From NCBI RefSeq assembly GCF_059719365.1, contig NZ_AP045814.1: 24,000 nucleotides of DNA; one strand, given 5' to 3'. The notes below the pieces were generated by a model. The model did not search any database. It was given only the letters and a program-made list of their open reading frames with translations, and was not told the DNA's origin. The position numbers and the translations under genes are program-made. Positions 9,618 through 20,506 of this stretch are shown here, piece by piece (position 1 is the first letter of the stretch; each line of letters begins with the position of its first letter).

Positions 9618-9878
9618 TTATTTGTAGATGATTGCAGTACCGAACATCTGGTCATTTCCGCCTGCGGAATTAATGACATAACCTTTCGCGCCTTGTTCGC
9701 GCGCTTTTTCTGCCAGTTTATCCTCCAGATCGCTTAGGTTTGATGCGCCAGTTGCCGAAACGGTACCGGCGGGCCGTAGTTGACCACTGTCCAGGTTACT
9801 CATCGGTTGCGCGGCATAAGCCGTGAGAGAGATTCCGCTCAGGACGGTGGCAATCAGTAGTGTGAGGCACTTTTTCAT
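9618..9878 (-). CDS. mcbA: McbA (YbiM), small secreted DUF1471 (YhcN-family) protein
   Basis: The ORF track gives 134 aa (start 10022). I use the internal start MKKCLTLLIATVLSGISLTAYA (9878), which has a GAGGA Shine-Dalgarno and a signal peptide and gives the K-12 length of 86 aa. The C-terminal motif is ...FGTAIIYK. Confidence 0.9.
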   Translation of the reverse strand: MKKCLTLLIATVLSGISLTAYAAQPMSNLDSGQLRPAGTVSATGASNLSDLEDKLAEKAREQGAKGYVINSAGGNDQMFGTAIIYK

Positions 9879-10153
9879 AATGACATCCTCATAAATACAA
9901 CGGGTAGTGCCAGATAAGTGTAGGTCGCCTGCGCGATGAAAATGACGCAAAAAATTGACAGAGATGCGCTTATTTTTTGAACGATATGTTTTTACAAAAT
10001 AAGACAAATCAATGACATGCATGATGATGATTTTTATGGTGAATTGCCATAAACCATAGCCATGTGAAGGTTTTTAGAAATGATAAACGCAGCCAGATAT
10101 TTACCCTGTCGCGTTATGCGGGTATCTTACGCCGCTGCTTAAAGGAGAATGCT

Positions 10154-11080
10154 ATGTCCGCCCAGAAACCGGGGTTGCATCCGCGCAACCGTCATCACAG
10201 CCGCTACGATCTCGCCACGCTTTGTCAGGTCAATCCTGAACTCAGGCAATTCCTCACGCTTACACCCGCCGGGGAGCAAAGCGTAGACTTTGCCAATCCG
10301 CTGGCGGTGAAGGCGCTCAATAAGGCGTTGCTGGCCCATTTTTACGCCGTAGCGAACTGGGATATCCCGGACGGTTTTCTCTGCCCGCCAGTACCGGGCC
10401 GGGCGGATTATATTCATCACCTTGCCGATTTACTGGCTGAAGCAAGCGGAACAATTCCAGCTAATGCCAGCATTCTGGATATCGGCGTTGGTGCGAACTG
10501 TATTTATCCGCTGATTGGCGTACATGAATATGGCTGGCGTTTTACCGGTAGTGAAACCAGCAGCCAGGCGTTAAGCAGTGCGCAGGCGATCATCAGTGCT
10601 AATCCGGGGCTTAACCGCGCTATTCGTCTGCGTCGGCAAAAAGAGAGTGGGGCGATTTTTAACGGCATCATCCATAAAAACGAGCAATACGATGCGACCT
10701 TGTGTAACCCGCCATTCCACGATTCCGCCGCTGCGGCACGGGCAGGTAGTGAACGTAAACGCCGTAACCTGGGGCTGAACAAAGACGATGCACTGAACTT
10801 TGGTGGTCAGCAACAGGAGTTGTGGTGTGAAGGCGGTGAGGTCGCTTTTATCAAAAAGATGATTGAAGAGAGCAAAGGCTTCGCGAAGCAGGTGATGTGG
10901 TTTACCTCGCTGGTATCTCGTGGTGAAAACTTACCGCCGTTGTATCGTGCTCTGACGGACGTAGGTGCGGTGAAGGTGGTAAAAAAAGAGATGGCCCAGG
11001 GGCAAAAGCAGAGCCGCTTTATAGCCTGGACCTTTATGAACGACGAGCAGCGCCGCCGTTTTGTCAATCGCCAGCGTTAA
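10154..11080 (+). CDS. rlmF: 23S rRNA m6A1618 methyltransferase RlmF (YbiN)
   Basis: The ORF-track start at 10064 is replaced by [15 protein letters not shown] at 10154, which has an AAGGAG Shine-Dalgarno and gives 308 aa. The N6-adenine methyltransferase motif IV is present as LCNPPFH. Confidence 0.93.
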
Positions 11081-13302
11081 AGCGTTGGCTCCCCCGGCGG
11101 CAACGGTTCAGCCGGGGCCGCGCCCGGAGCTGGCAGCACCTGATAAGTCTGCACCGGCGCGCGAACACCCGCCAGGTCGAAATGTTTTTTCACCTGGCTG
11201 TCGAGGGCAAAGCGGACCGTCCACTGTTTGAGTGGCAGCGTGGTGAACGAAACACGCAGTGTAAACGCGGTATTGCTTAAGCCGACAATCCCGGCAAAGT
11301 TCGGTTCACCAATAACCAGCCCGCGAATTTCTTCGTTTTCCATCAATTCTGCTACCGCATCTTTCAGTGCCTGATTGGCTTTATCAGCATCTTCATGGCG
11401 ATCAACATCGTAGTTTGCCACTACCGAACCAATACCGCGGACGAAGTTAGCAAAGGTGGTTATCGAAGACCACGGAATGATGTGATACGCCCCGGTATCC
11501 TGGCGCACGCCCACGGAGCGAATCGACATCCGTTCCACAGTGCCGGTCAACGGCCCGATAGTCACCAAATCTCCAGTGTTCATGCCGTTTTCAAACTGAA
11601 TAAATACTCCGGTAATAATATCTTTCACCAGCGTTTGCGAACCAAACGAGATAGCCAGACCTAATGCCCCGGCACCTGCCAGCAATGGCGCGATATTGAC
11701 GCCGATTTCCGACAACACAATCATGATGGTGATGGTACTGATAATCACCGCCAGCGCGTTACGGAACAGCGTCAGCAGGGTTCGCGTACGGGCGCTGGGT
11801 AGCGGGCGGCCATGAATATCCGAAGCCAGCCGGTTTTCTATCAAACTGGCGAGCACCGTCCAGCCAACCGCCGAGAAGAAAAGAATGAGTGCGATACGGA
11901 TCAGGATATCTACGGTTTTCTGCCCCGCGCCGTTTTGCAGCCAGTTCCAGAAATCGAACAATCCCCATGCGCTCAACAGCAGCATTACCGCCACGCAGAC
12001 TGTCAGAATACGCGCTGTTTTCAGTGCCGCCGAAAGCCAGCCATTCAGCCGTTTTTGCAGCTCCGGATAATTTCGCTGAGTATGTGGCGAGAGGGTGATG
12101 GTTTTCGCCAGCCAGCGGGAAAACATACCGGAAACAAATGCTGCGATACCAATAATCGCCAGGCTGCGCACCGTTGCACCCATCATAAATTTCAGGCTGT
12201 TGCCCGGATCGAACAACGAAAAGAAAAACAGCACGATAAAATAGGCGCTTGCCAGCCAGTGCCACACCAGCGCAAAGGCGCGGATAAACAGGCTGAAAAA
12301 GGCCAGCGAATGCTCCGCAAAGTTGAGCAAATGCTGGGTGATCTCTTTTTTATTACGAAAAATCAGGTACAACGCCCAGACGGTCATGCACAGCATAATG
12401 ATGACGTTCGCCAGCGCACCTATCTGTACATTCACCTGATTAGAGATAATCGGCACAGCCACAATCAGACCATAGCCAATCAGGCTGCTTAACCAGCTCA
12501 GGCGACGACTCCAGTAACGGGCGGTCTCGTCATGAATCGTGAACGGGCGCAGTTCAGCTACGTTTGGGCAAAAAATCAGGCGTAGTACGGCTTTGAAAAA
12601 TTCAATCAGGGCAAAGGCGTTGAGAAACAAACTTTGTTGGAAAGCGATAGTGCGACTGCCCGCATTCAGGTTGTCGCTTAATACCTGGCCGACAAATAAT
12701 GTCAGTGCCAGTAACAGCAGGTCGATAATAAACGCCCCGATGATCATCGCCGGAAGCTGCAACCAGTTACTGCGCTCACGATTTTTTTGCCGCGCCCACT
12801 GGCCCATTTTGCGATACAGCGGCAGTGCGCACAGACGAATCAGCCAGTAAAAACCAAACACTAATACCGCTAACATTGAAAAGTGGGTCAGCGCATTGCT
12901 GAAGGTTTGTGGATTAAACGGCTTATGCGGGGAGCCGGTGATATTGCGATAAAGTTGCCCGAAGCGGGCGGAAAGGGCTTCACCATAATGGCGGCTGACT
13001 TCGGTGACTTTTTGCAGCACGGTTTGCTCTTCAACCAGCGTCGGCGGCACGATCTTCGGTACGGGTTCCGCAGGAGGCGTAGCGGCGACGGTGCGCAACT
13101 GGTCGATCAACTCTTTACGCGAGGTGTCATTATCCAGCACATCCGCCAGTGCGCCATAGGCCGCTTTTTTTTGTTCGATATCCGGTTCCGGGGCCGGTTC
13201 AGTCGTTGAGTCCGTTGTCGTTGTGGTTGTAACGCCGGGTATGGATACCGCGTGGGCAGGTGCGCCCAACAGGCAGAAGAGGATGAACAGGATCCACCGC
13301 AT
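11077..13302 (-). CDS. ybiO: MscS-family mechanosensitive channel YbiO
   Basis: The ORF-track start at 13329 is trimmed to [18 protein letters not shown] at 13302, a signal-like N-terminus that gives 741 aa. The conserved MscS pore and beta domain is present ([42 protein letters not shown]). Confidence 0.93.
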
Positions 13303-13384
13303 GACTCCTCCAGTGAGAAAACAGAGCAAAAAGATAAGTATAGATGCTGGGGGAGAGGCGATTTTAAATGAGAGGAATCTGGTG

Positions 13385-13412
13385 TGCCTCCCTTTCGGGG
13401 GAAAGGGAGGCA
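13385..13412 (-). terminator. Perfect 12-bp stem-loop after glnQ (operon-end hairpin, no U-tract)
   Basis: tgcctccctttc-gggg-gaaagggaggca lies 7 nt beyond the glnQ stop and about 83 nt upstream of the ybiO ATG. Neither strand has a T-run after it. Confidence 0.5.
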
Positions 13413-13418
13413 GAGAAG

Positions 13419-14141
13419 TTAAGAGACGTGCTGCAAAAATTCCTGCAAGCGCTGGCTCGGCGGGTTCTTGATCAACACCTGCGGATCGCCATCTTCTGCA
13501 ATCCGGCCTTTGTCGATAAAGATCAGGCGCGAAGCTACTTTCTCGGCAAAACCGATTTCGTGGGTCACGATCACCATCGTCATCCCTTCTTCAGCCAGAT
13601 CCTGCATAACCTTCAGCACTTCATGGCGCAGTTCCGGGTCAAGAGCGGAAGTCGGTTCATCAAACAGCATCATTTTCGGCTTCACCGCCAGCGCGCGGGC
13701 AATCGCCACACGCTGCTGTTGACCACCAGAAAGTTCGGAAGGGTAGTGATGTGCACGCTCTGCCAGACCGACTTTCGCCAGCAGCTCACGCGCCAGTTTT
13801 TCCGCCTCTTCTTTATTCGCGCCACGCACGCGTAGCGGGCCAAACATGACGTTTTCCAGCGCCGTCAGATGCGGGAAGAGGTAAAACTGCTGGAACACCA
13901 TACCCGCTTCCTGGCGAATCAGGCGCTCATCAACTTTCGGATCGTTAACCTTCAGGCCATCGACAATCAGATCGCCGGAGGTGATTTCTTCCAGTTTGTT
14001 GATGCAGCGCAGCAGGGTCGATTTACCGGAACCGGACGGCCCGATAATCACCACGACTTCGCCCTGAGCAATGTTCAAATCGATATTGTGCAGCACCTGG
14101 GTTGGACCAAAATGCTTGGAGACGTTTTTAAATTCAATCAC
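13419..14141 (-). CDS. glnQ: Glutamine ABC transporter ATP-binding protein GlnQ
   Basis: 240-aa ORF with Walker [10 protein letters not shown], the ABC signature LSGGQQQR and Walker [13 protein letters not shown]. Its start overlaps the glnP stop by 4 nt (ATGA). Confidence 0.97.
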
Positions 14142-14797
14142 AGGATTTTCATCCTTCTTTCCAGACGACGCAGAATAAAGCTCAGCACCAGGGTAATAAT
14201 CAGATAGAACACCGCCACGGCGCTCCAGATCTCAAGGGCGCGGAAGTTACCGGCAATAATTTCTTGCCCCTGACGGGTCAGTTCCGCCACGCCGATAACA
14301 ATAAACAGCGAAGTGTCTTTAATGCTGATGATCCACTGGTTACCCAGCGGCGGCAGCATACGACGCAGTGCCAGCGGTAAAATGACGTAGCGAATGGTTT
14401 CCCAACGTGAAAGACCGAGCGCCAGTCCTGCTTCACGAAAACCTTTGTGAATAGACAGCACCGCACCACGCGTGATTTCCGCAATGTACGCGCCGGAGTT
14501 GATCATGATGGTGACCACCGCCGCAGTAAACGGGTCGATGCGTAAATCGTTAAACGCCATCGGCAGGGCGAAATAGATAAACATCACCTGGACGACGATA
14601 GGTGTGCCGCGGATCACTTCAATAAAGACCAGCGCGACGTGGTTGGCTATCCAACCACCGAAGGTGCGTGCAAAACCTGCCAACAATCCGATCACCAGAC
14701 CGCCAGCCAGACCGAGGACCGAAATCCACAGGGTCATTTTGGCACCTTCAATCAGAAGCGGAATGGCAGGCCAGATGGCACTCCAGTCAAACTGCAT
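14138..14797 (-). CDS. glnP: Glutamine ABC transporter permease GlnP
   Basis: 219-aa polytopic membrane ORF with an EAA-type loop ([23 protein letters not shown]). The sequence is recognised as GlnP. Confidence 0.97.
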
Positions 14798-14847
14798 ATG
14801 TTGTTCCTGTTACCGTGGTGTAAATAATCAAATTCAGGGTAATTAAT

Positions 14848-14932
14848 GGCCCCGGAGCGGGTTTGCGCCCTTCACCCTAATCCTCTCCCCGGCGGGGAGA
14901 GGGAACTGCCAGTGCGCTTTACAGGCGCCGCG
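14848..14932. repeat. GC-rich intercistronic repeat with a central hairpin (boxC-like) between glnH and glnP
   Basis: The sequence is ggccccggagcgggtttgcgcccttcaccctaatCCTCTCCCCggcGGGGAGAGGgaactgcc..., with a 9-bp stem and 3-nt loop at 14882-14902. The ...ctctcccc/ggggagag...tagggtgaaggg... pattern resembles a dispersed enterobacterial GC-rich intergenic repeat family. The family assignment is from memory only. Confidence 0.5.
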
Positions 14933-14935
14933 TTA

Positions 14936-15697
<762 letters not shown>

Positions 15698-15736
15698 CTA
15701 TCCACGGGACGATCCCCTGCGTGACATTCACATATA

Positions 15737-15752
15737 TGAAAAAATCGTGCCA
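15737..15752 (-). promoter_or_regulatory. Sigma-54 promoter glnHp2 (-24/-12 element)
   Basis: The minus strand reads TGGCAC-gattt-TTTCA, against the consensus TGGCAC-N5-TTGCA with one mismatch at -12. It lies about 55-70 nt upstream of the glnH ATG. Confidence 0.75.
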
Positions 15753-15825
15753 GTTTTGCAACTCATTGATTTTTCGAGATGCGGCAAAAACGTGATGCAC
15801 GATTTATAGGGCAATACCCTGAAGA

Positions 15826-15855
15826 TGCACCATTCTGGGGCACCAAACTGGTGCG
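15826..15855 (-). promoter_or_regulatory. Two overlapping NtrC (NRI) enhancer sites for glnHp2
   Basis: TGCACCATTCTGGGGCA (15826-15842) and GGCACCAAACTGGTGCG (15839-15855) are compared with the consensus TGCACCA-N3-TGGTGCA. They are about 90-105 bp upstream of the -24 element, which fits an IHF-looped enhancer arrangement. Confidence 0.7.
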
Positions 15856-16011
15856 CTAAAATTGTGCACTCAACACAGTGATTATTTAGCGTAAAACCTG
15901 ATGAAAAAACAATCTTTATGTAACGATTGTGTGATGATGTGGATACAAAAAATTTACTTAACCAGCTGGTGATAGCAGATGGATGCACTAAATAAGTGCG
16001 TTGAGGCGGGC

Positions 16012-16044
16012 TACAAAACAAAACGGCCTCCTGTCAGGAAGCCG
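16012..16044 (-). terminator. Rho-independent terminator of dps
   Basis: cggcctcctgtcaggaagccg (16024-16044) forms a GC-rich hairpin. On the minus strand it is followed by ttttgttttgt, about 40 nt after the dps stop. Confidence 0.7.
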
Positions 16045-16085
16045 CTTTTATCGTGTACTAAAGTTCTGCACCATCAGCGATGGAT

Positions 16086-16763
<678 letters not shown>

Positions 16764-16852
16764 TTATTTGCTCGCCAGGAATTTTCGGAATAAATATGCT
16801 TTTGCATAATTCGATATATAAAGACGGCGTAGAGGAAAAGTAGCGAGAAAAT

Positions 16853-16878
16853 CTGCATGGTTATGCATAACCATGCAG
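16853..16878 (-). terminator. Perfect 26-bp palindrome downstream of rhtA (likely rhtA terminator or insulator for the dps promoter)
   Basis: ctgcatggttatg|cataaccatgcag is perfectly self-complementary. It lies 11 nt beyond the rhtA stop, and on the minus strand it is followed by attttctc. Confidence 0.5.
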
Positions 16879-16888
16879 AAATGTAAAT

Positions 16889-17776
16889 TTAATTTATGTC
16901 TAATTCTTTTATTTTGCTCTCTTTGCGTACTGTCAGCGTAGAACCCATTGAAGCGGCGATGATAGCGCCGAGCGCCAGCAGCTGTATGGGTGTCAGTGTT
17001 TCTCCGAGGAAAATCATCCCGGAAACGGCAGCCAGCGCAGGTTCCATGCTCATTAGCGTACCAAATGTGCGTGTTGGCAAACGGGTGAGGGCAATCATTT
17101 CCAGCGAATAAGGCAGAGCGGTCGAGAGAATAGCGACAGCCAGACCCAATGGAATAACCGACCAGTGCCAGAGTGCTTCACCAGCCTGAAGCGCTCCAAT
17201 TGGCACGAAAATTAACGCTGCAATCAACGAACCAATTGCCACCGTCGCAGGACCATGTTCCGCTCCAGCGCGTTGCCCACTTAAAATGTAAATAGCCCAA
17301 CAAGCCCCGGCCCCCAGTGCCAGTGCACAGCCGGTTAAATCGACATGGGAAACGTCTTGCCCCAGCGGTAGCAGGAACCACAGACCAAGAACCGCCAGCA
17401 CAACCCAGACGAAATCTACCGGGCGACGAGAAGAGAACAGTGCCACCGCCAGTGGTCCGGTGAACTCCAGCGCCACCGCAATACCCAGCGGTACCGTCTG
17501 AATAGAAAGATAAAAAAGATAATTCATTCCACCCAGCGAAACGCCGTAAAACAACAGCGGTAATCGTTGCTCTTTGGCAAAGCGCAGTCGCCATGGCTTA
17601 AAGAACGCGATGAGGATCAGCGTGCCTAATGCCAGACGCAGCGCAGTGACCCCCGGTGCGCCCACCAGAGGAAAAAGTGACTTAGCTAACGAGGCTCCAC
17701 CCTGAATAGACGCCATGGCAACGAGCAATATGACTATTGGTAACCAGACCGGCATTTTACGTAATGAACCAGGCAT
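16889..17776 (-). CDS. rhtA: Threonine/homoserine exporter RhtA (DMT/EamA family)
   Basis: The ORF-track start at 17788 is trimmed to MPGSLRKMPVWLPIVILLVAMA at 17776, giving 295 aa. It has a 10-TMS EamA-type hydrophobic profile and is recognised as RhtA. Confidence 0.92.
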   Translation of the reverse strand: MPGSLRKMPVWLPIVILLVAMASIQGGASLAKSLFPLVGAPGVTALRLALGTLILIAFFKPWRLRFAKEQRLPLLFYGVSLGGMNYLFYLSIQTVPLGIAVALEFTGPLAVALFSSRRPVDFVWVVLAVLGLWFLLPLGQDVSHVDLTGCALALGAGACWAIYILSGQRAGAEHGPATVAIGSLIAALIFVPIGALQAGEALWHWSVIPLGLAVAILSTALPYSLEMIALTRLPTRTFGTLMSMEPALAAVSGMIFLGETLTPIQLLALGAIIAASMGSTLTVRKESKIKELDIN

Positions 17777-18128
17777 CCTTTCTCCCACAAATATCTAAAC
17801 CTAAGTAAAGCGTGGAGTGTACTGGATATACCCAATGCTGGTTGAGCATTTGTTGAAAAAATTTTCCCCCGTTTTGACTAAAATGCGCCAGGATTGATGG
17901 AATCATTAGTCTGGTGATTAGGAATAATCTGGATGAATGACAGGGAAAACATGCGTAATACTTACGCAGTTCTCTGAAAAAGTGATTTAAATTTAGATGG
18001 ATAGCGGTGTATGGAAACGTTCTGTTACATGAAATGGCCCGTTAGACATCATAAATCGCGAAGAGTTTCCCATTAATTTTTGATATATTTAAAACTTAGG
18101 ACTTATTTGAATCACATTTGAGGTGGTT

Positions 18129-18644
18129 ATGAAAAAAATTGCATGTCTTTCAGCACTGGCCGCAGTTCTGGCTTTCACCGCAGGTACTTCCGTAGCTGCG
18201 ACTTCTACTGTAACTGGCGGTTACGCACAGAGCGACGCTCAGGGCCAAATGAACAAAATGGGCGGTTTCAACCTGAAATACCGCTATGAAGAAGACAACA
18301 GCCCGCTGGGTGTGATCGGTTCTTTCACTTACACCGAGAAAAGCCGTACTGCAAGCTCTGGTGACTACAACAAAAACCAGTACTACGGCATCACTGCTGG
18401 TCCGGCTTACCGCATTAACGACTGGGCAAGCATCTACGGTGTAGTGGGTGTGGGTTATGGTAAATTCCAGACCACTGAATACCCGACCTACAAACACGAC
18501 ACCAGCGACTACGGTTTCTCCTACGGTGCTGGTCTGCAGTTCAACCCGATGGAAAACGTTGCTCTGGACTTCTCTTACGAGCAGAGCCGTATTCGTAGCG
18601 TTGACGTAGGCACCTGGATTGCCGGTGTTGGTTACCGTTTCTAA
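18129..18644 (+). CDS. ompX: Outer membrane protein OmpX (8-stranded beta-barrel, Ail/Lom family)
   Basis: The ORF track starts at GTG 18123. The ATG at 18129 (MKKIACLSALAAVLAFTAGTSVA) follows a GAGGTGG Shine-Dalgarno and gives 171 aa. The C-terminus is ...AGVGYRF. Confidence 0.97.
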   Translation: MKKIACLSALAAVLAFTAGTSVAATSTVTGGYAQSDAQGQMNKMGGFNLKYRYEEDNSPLGVIGSFTYTEKSRTASSGDYNKNQYYGITAGPAYRINDWASIYGVVGVGYGKFQTTEYPTYKHDTSDYGFSYGAGLQFNPMENVALDFSYEQSRIRSVDVGTWIAGVGYRF

Positions 18645-18659
18645 TCACTTCGGTGATAT

Positions 18660-18689
18660 AAAAATCCGCCTCTCGGGGCGGATTTTTTT
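18660..18689. terminator. Bidirectional rho-independent terminator shared by the convergent genes ompX and opgE
   Basis: aaaaatccgcc-tctcgg-ggcggattttttt has its stem flanked by an A-run upstream and a T-run downstream. It sits between the ompX stop (18644) and the opgE stop (18693). Confidence 0.8.
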
Positions 18690-18692
18690 GTT

Positions 18693-20276
18693 TTAAGGTT
18701 TCGGGTCGAAATTATCGGTTCCGAGATGGTTGTAATCCACCTTCTGTAACTGGAAGTTGGTGATGTATATCGGCCCGGCTTTCTTCTCAGAAATAAACGG
18801 GTATTTGATATTTATTTCCTTCGCTTTAATTCCCGTCCACTGCGAGAAAAAGCCTAAGAAGTCATTGGCAGAGCGGCGGGCTTTAATCACCCGATGCGCT
18901 TTATCGTCGCTGGAAATGACCATAAAAGGCACCTGGAAATTTTGCTGATACTTATCATCATGAGCAAGGTATTGCACGTCTTTGCCGCGCTCTTTAAAGG
19001 CCAGACCGTGGTCAGAAAAGTAAACCAGCGAGAAGCTGCTGCCGCTGTTGCGTAACTGATCGTACAGCTTGCGCAGTAAATCGTCTGTTTGCGTCATGGT
19101 ATAGAGATAGCACGACGTTTCTTTCGATTGCACAAAGGTTTCGTATTTTCCTTGTGTCCGGTCGCAGGCCTGCGGATGCGAGCCCATCAGATGTAGAACA
19201 ATCAGCTGTGGTTGCGAGTGCTCTTGCGCCAGCACTTGAGCGGTCATATCCAGTAACGCTTCGTCTTTCGTGTTTTTATCTGCTTCAAAATTACCTTCTT
19301 TCAGGAAGTACACTTCATCTGCTCGTTTGGCGATGCTGGCGATGGCGGTATCGTATTCGCCGATTTGACCCTGGTTGGAAAACCACCAGGTCTGGAAGCC
19401 CGCGCGATTTGCCAGGGTGACAAAGTTATCCTGAAACTGTGGTTTGCCATCGACAACGCGATTGAGCGTTAAGCCAAGCGATTTCTGCGTCGAGCCACTG
19501 GCGGCAATGTAGTCAGCAAATATCAAACCGTTAACGCTGCTGGCAAACGGGGTATTGTCCCAGTGACCGCCAAAGGCACCGAGGGCATCGCGACGCGCGC
19601 TTTCTCCGATCACCACCACATAGGTCTGATACTTCGGCTTAACGGCAGTGACCGTCCAGGTATCTTTCATTCCGGAAAGTTTTGCCATCCGTTCTTGCTC
19701 TTCAATCACCTCGTTATTATTGACGATGACATCCTTAGCAAAACGAAATACCGGATAGCCAGTATCTTTCAGTTTAAATACGCCGCCCCAGGCCAGGTTT
19801 TGCACGGGAGCAACAAAAAATGTCGCTACACTGAATACCAGGCACAGGCTGTCGAAGGTATTCCAGCGCGCTTTTTCACTCTCTTTTTTTCGCCTGATCG
19901 CTATTACGCCGAGCGCAAAAATAAATATGCCGACCAGGTAGCTGTACCATGGAAAAATCGTCAGGATTTCGGTCGACTCTTCCATATTGGTGGAGTGCAA
20001 TGCCAGCAATGTATTGAAGTTAGGCGCGCCGTAGGCCTGAGCAAAAGGGAAATAACAAGCCGCCACCAGCGAGCTGATACCGACCAGAACTTTTTGTACG
20101 CGAGGCAATGTTCGCCATAGCAAAAGCAAAATAGCCGTAAACGCAGCGGTGTAGAGCAAACTGAAGGGGTAACCTAAGCCGAGGTTAATTAATAGCGACT
20201 GTAAAAAGTAGAACGCAGTCCACGGGCTAAATACCCGGCTACGGGTAACAAGCGATTCTTTGAGGGTTAAATTCAT
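18693..20276 (-). CDS. opgE: Phosphoethanolamine transferase OpgE (YbiP; EptA/sulfatase-type)
   Basis: 527-aa ORF with N-terminal transmembrane helices and a C-terminal sulfatase-like domain. The sequence and length are recognised as YbiP/OpgE. Confidence 0.94.
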   Translation of the reverse strand: MNLTLKESLVTRSRVFSPWTAFYFLQSLLINLGLGYPFSLLYTAAFTAILLLLWRTLPRVQKVLVGISSLVAACYFPFAQAYGAPNFNTLLALHSTNMEESTEILTIFPWYSYLVGIFIFALGVIAIRRKKESEKARWNTFDSLCLVFSVATFFVAPVQNLAWGGVFKLKDTGYPVFRFAKDVIVNNNEVIEEQERMAKLSGMKDTWTVTAVKPKYQTYVVVIGESARRDALGAFGGHWDNTPFASSVNGLIFADYIAASGSTQKSLGLTLNRVVDGKPQFQDNFVTLANRAGFQTWWFSNQGQIGEYDTAIASIAKRADEVYFLKEGNFEADKNTKDEALLDMTAQVLAQEHSQPQLIVLHLMGSHPQACDRTQGKYETFVQSKETSCYLYTMTQTDDLLRKLYDQLRNSGSSFSLVYFSDHGLAFKERGKDVQYLAHDDKYQQNFQVPFMVISSDDKAHRVIKARRSANDFLGFFSQWTGIKAKEINIKYPFISEKKAGPIYITNFQLQKVDYNHLGTDNFDPKP

Positions 20277-20506
20277 ATGCCACTATCGTAACAAACGCCA
20301 TGTGCTTACCCTGGCGTCAAGGGTCAATACCTGCAAGAGTGCGTGAAGAGGGGAAAGGGGTCCGCATCCGCGAGCCGCAATATACGCAGGGCTGCAAGAA
20401 GATAGAGCGAGCTGCTGTTCAGGTCAACTACCGACGAACAAATCTTTTGCGAAGGGGATTGCAAATCCGACAAAAAGTGGGGTTTTTCAGACCAAAACGC
20501 GTTGTG

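Noticed and set aside
11812-12492. 226-aa plus-strand ORF antisense to ybiO, with the nearby ORFs 11395..11664, 12539..12850 and 12883..13209
   Set aside because: They are antisense to the intact 741-aa MscS-family gene. The translations are Arg/Gln/His-rich and look like nonsense. This is a typical shadow frame.
13180-13230. Poly-threonine/Pro-Glu tract in YbiO ([18 protein letters not shown]) as a possible slippage or phase-variation repeat
   Set aside because: The DNA uses mixed Thr codons (acg, aca, acc and others) with no homopolymer or perfect short tandem repeat. It looks like an ordinary low-complexity periplasmic linker, not a contingency locus.
13368-13835. 155-aa plus-strand ORF antisense to glnQ, and the 166-aa ORF 14846..15346 antisense to glnH
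   Set aside because: Both overlap highly conserved ABC-transporter genes on the other strand and start inside structured intergenic repeats. Neither has ribosome-binding sites or motifs.
17933-17977. 14-codon ORF (MNDRENMRNTYAVL*) and small hairpin gcgtaa-tac-ttacgc in the rhtA-ompX spacer
   Set aside because: It has no Shine-Dalgarno and sits in an AT-rich promoter spacer where such mini-ORFs arise by chance. The hairpin is only 6 bp.
19563-20120. 185-aa plus-strand ORF antisense to opgE
   Set aside because: It is a shadow ORF inside the full-length 527-aa OpgE gene, with no translation signals.
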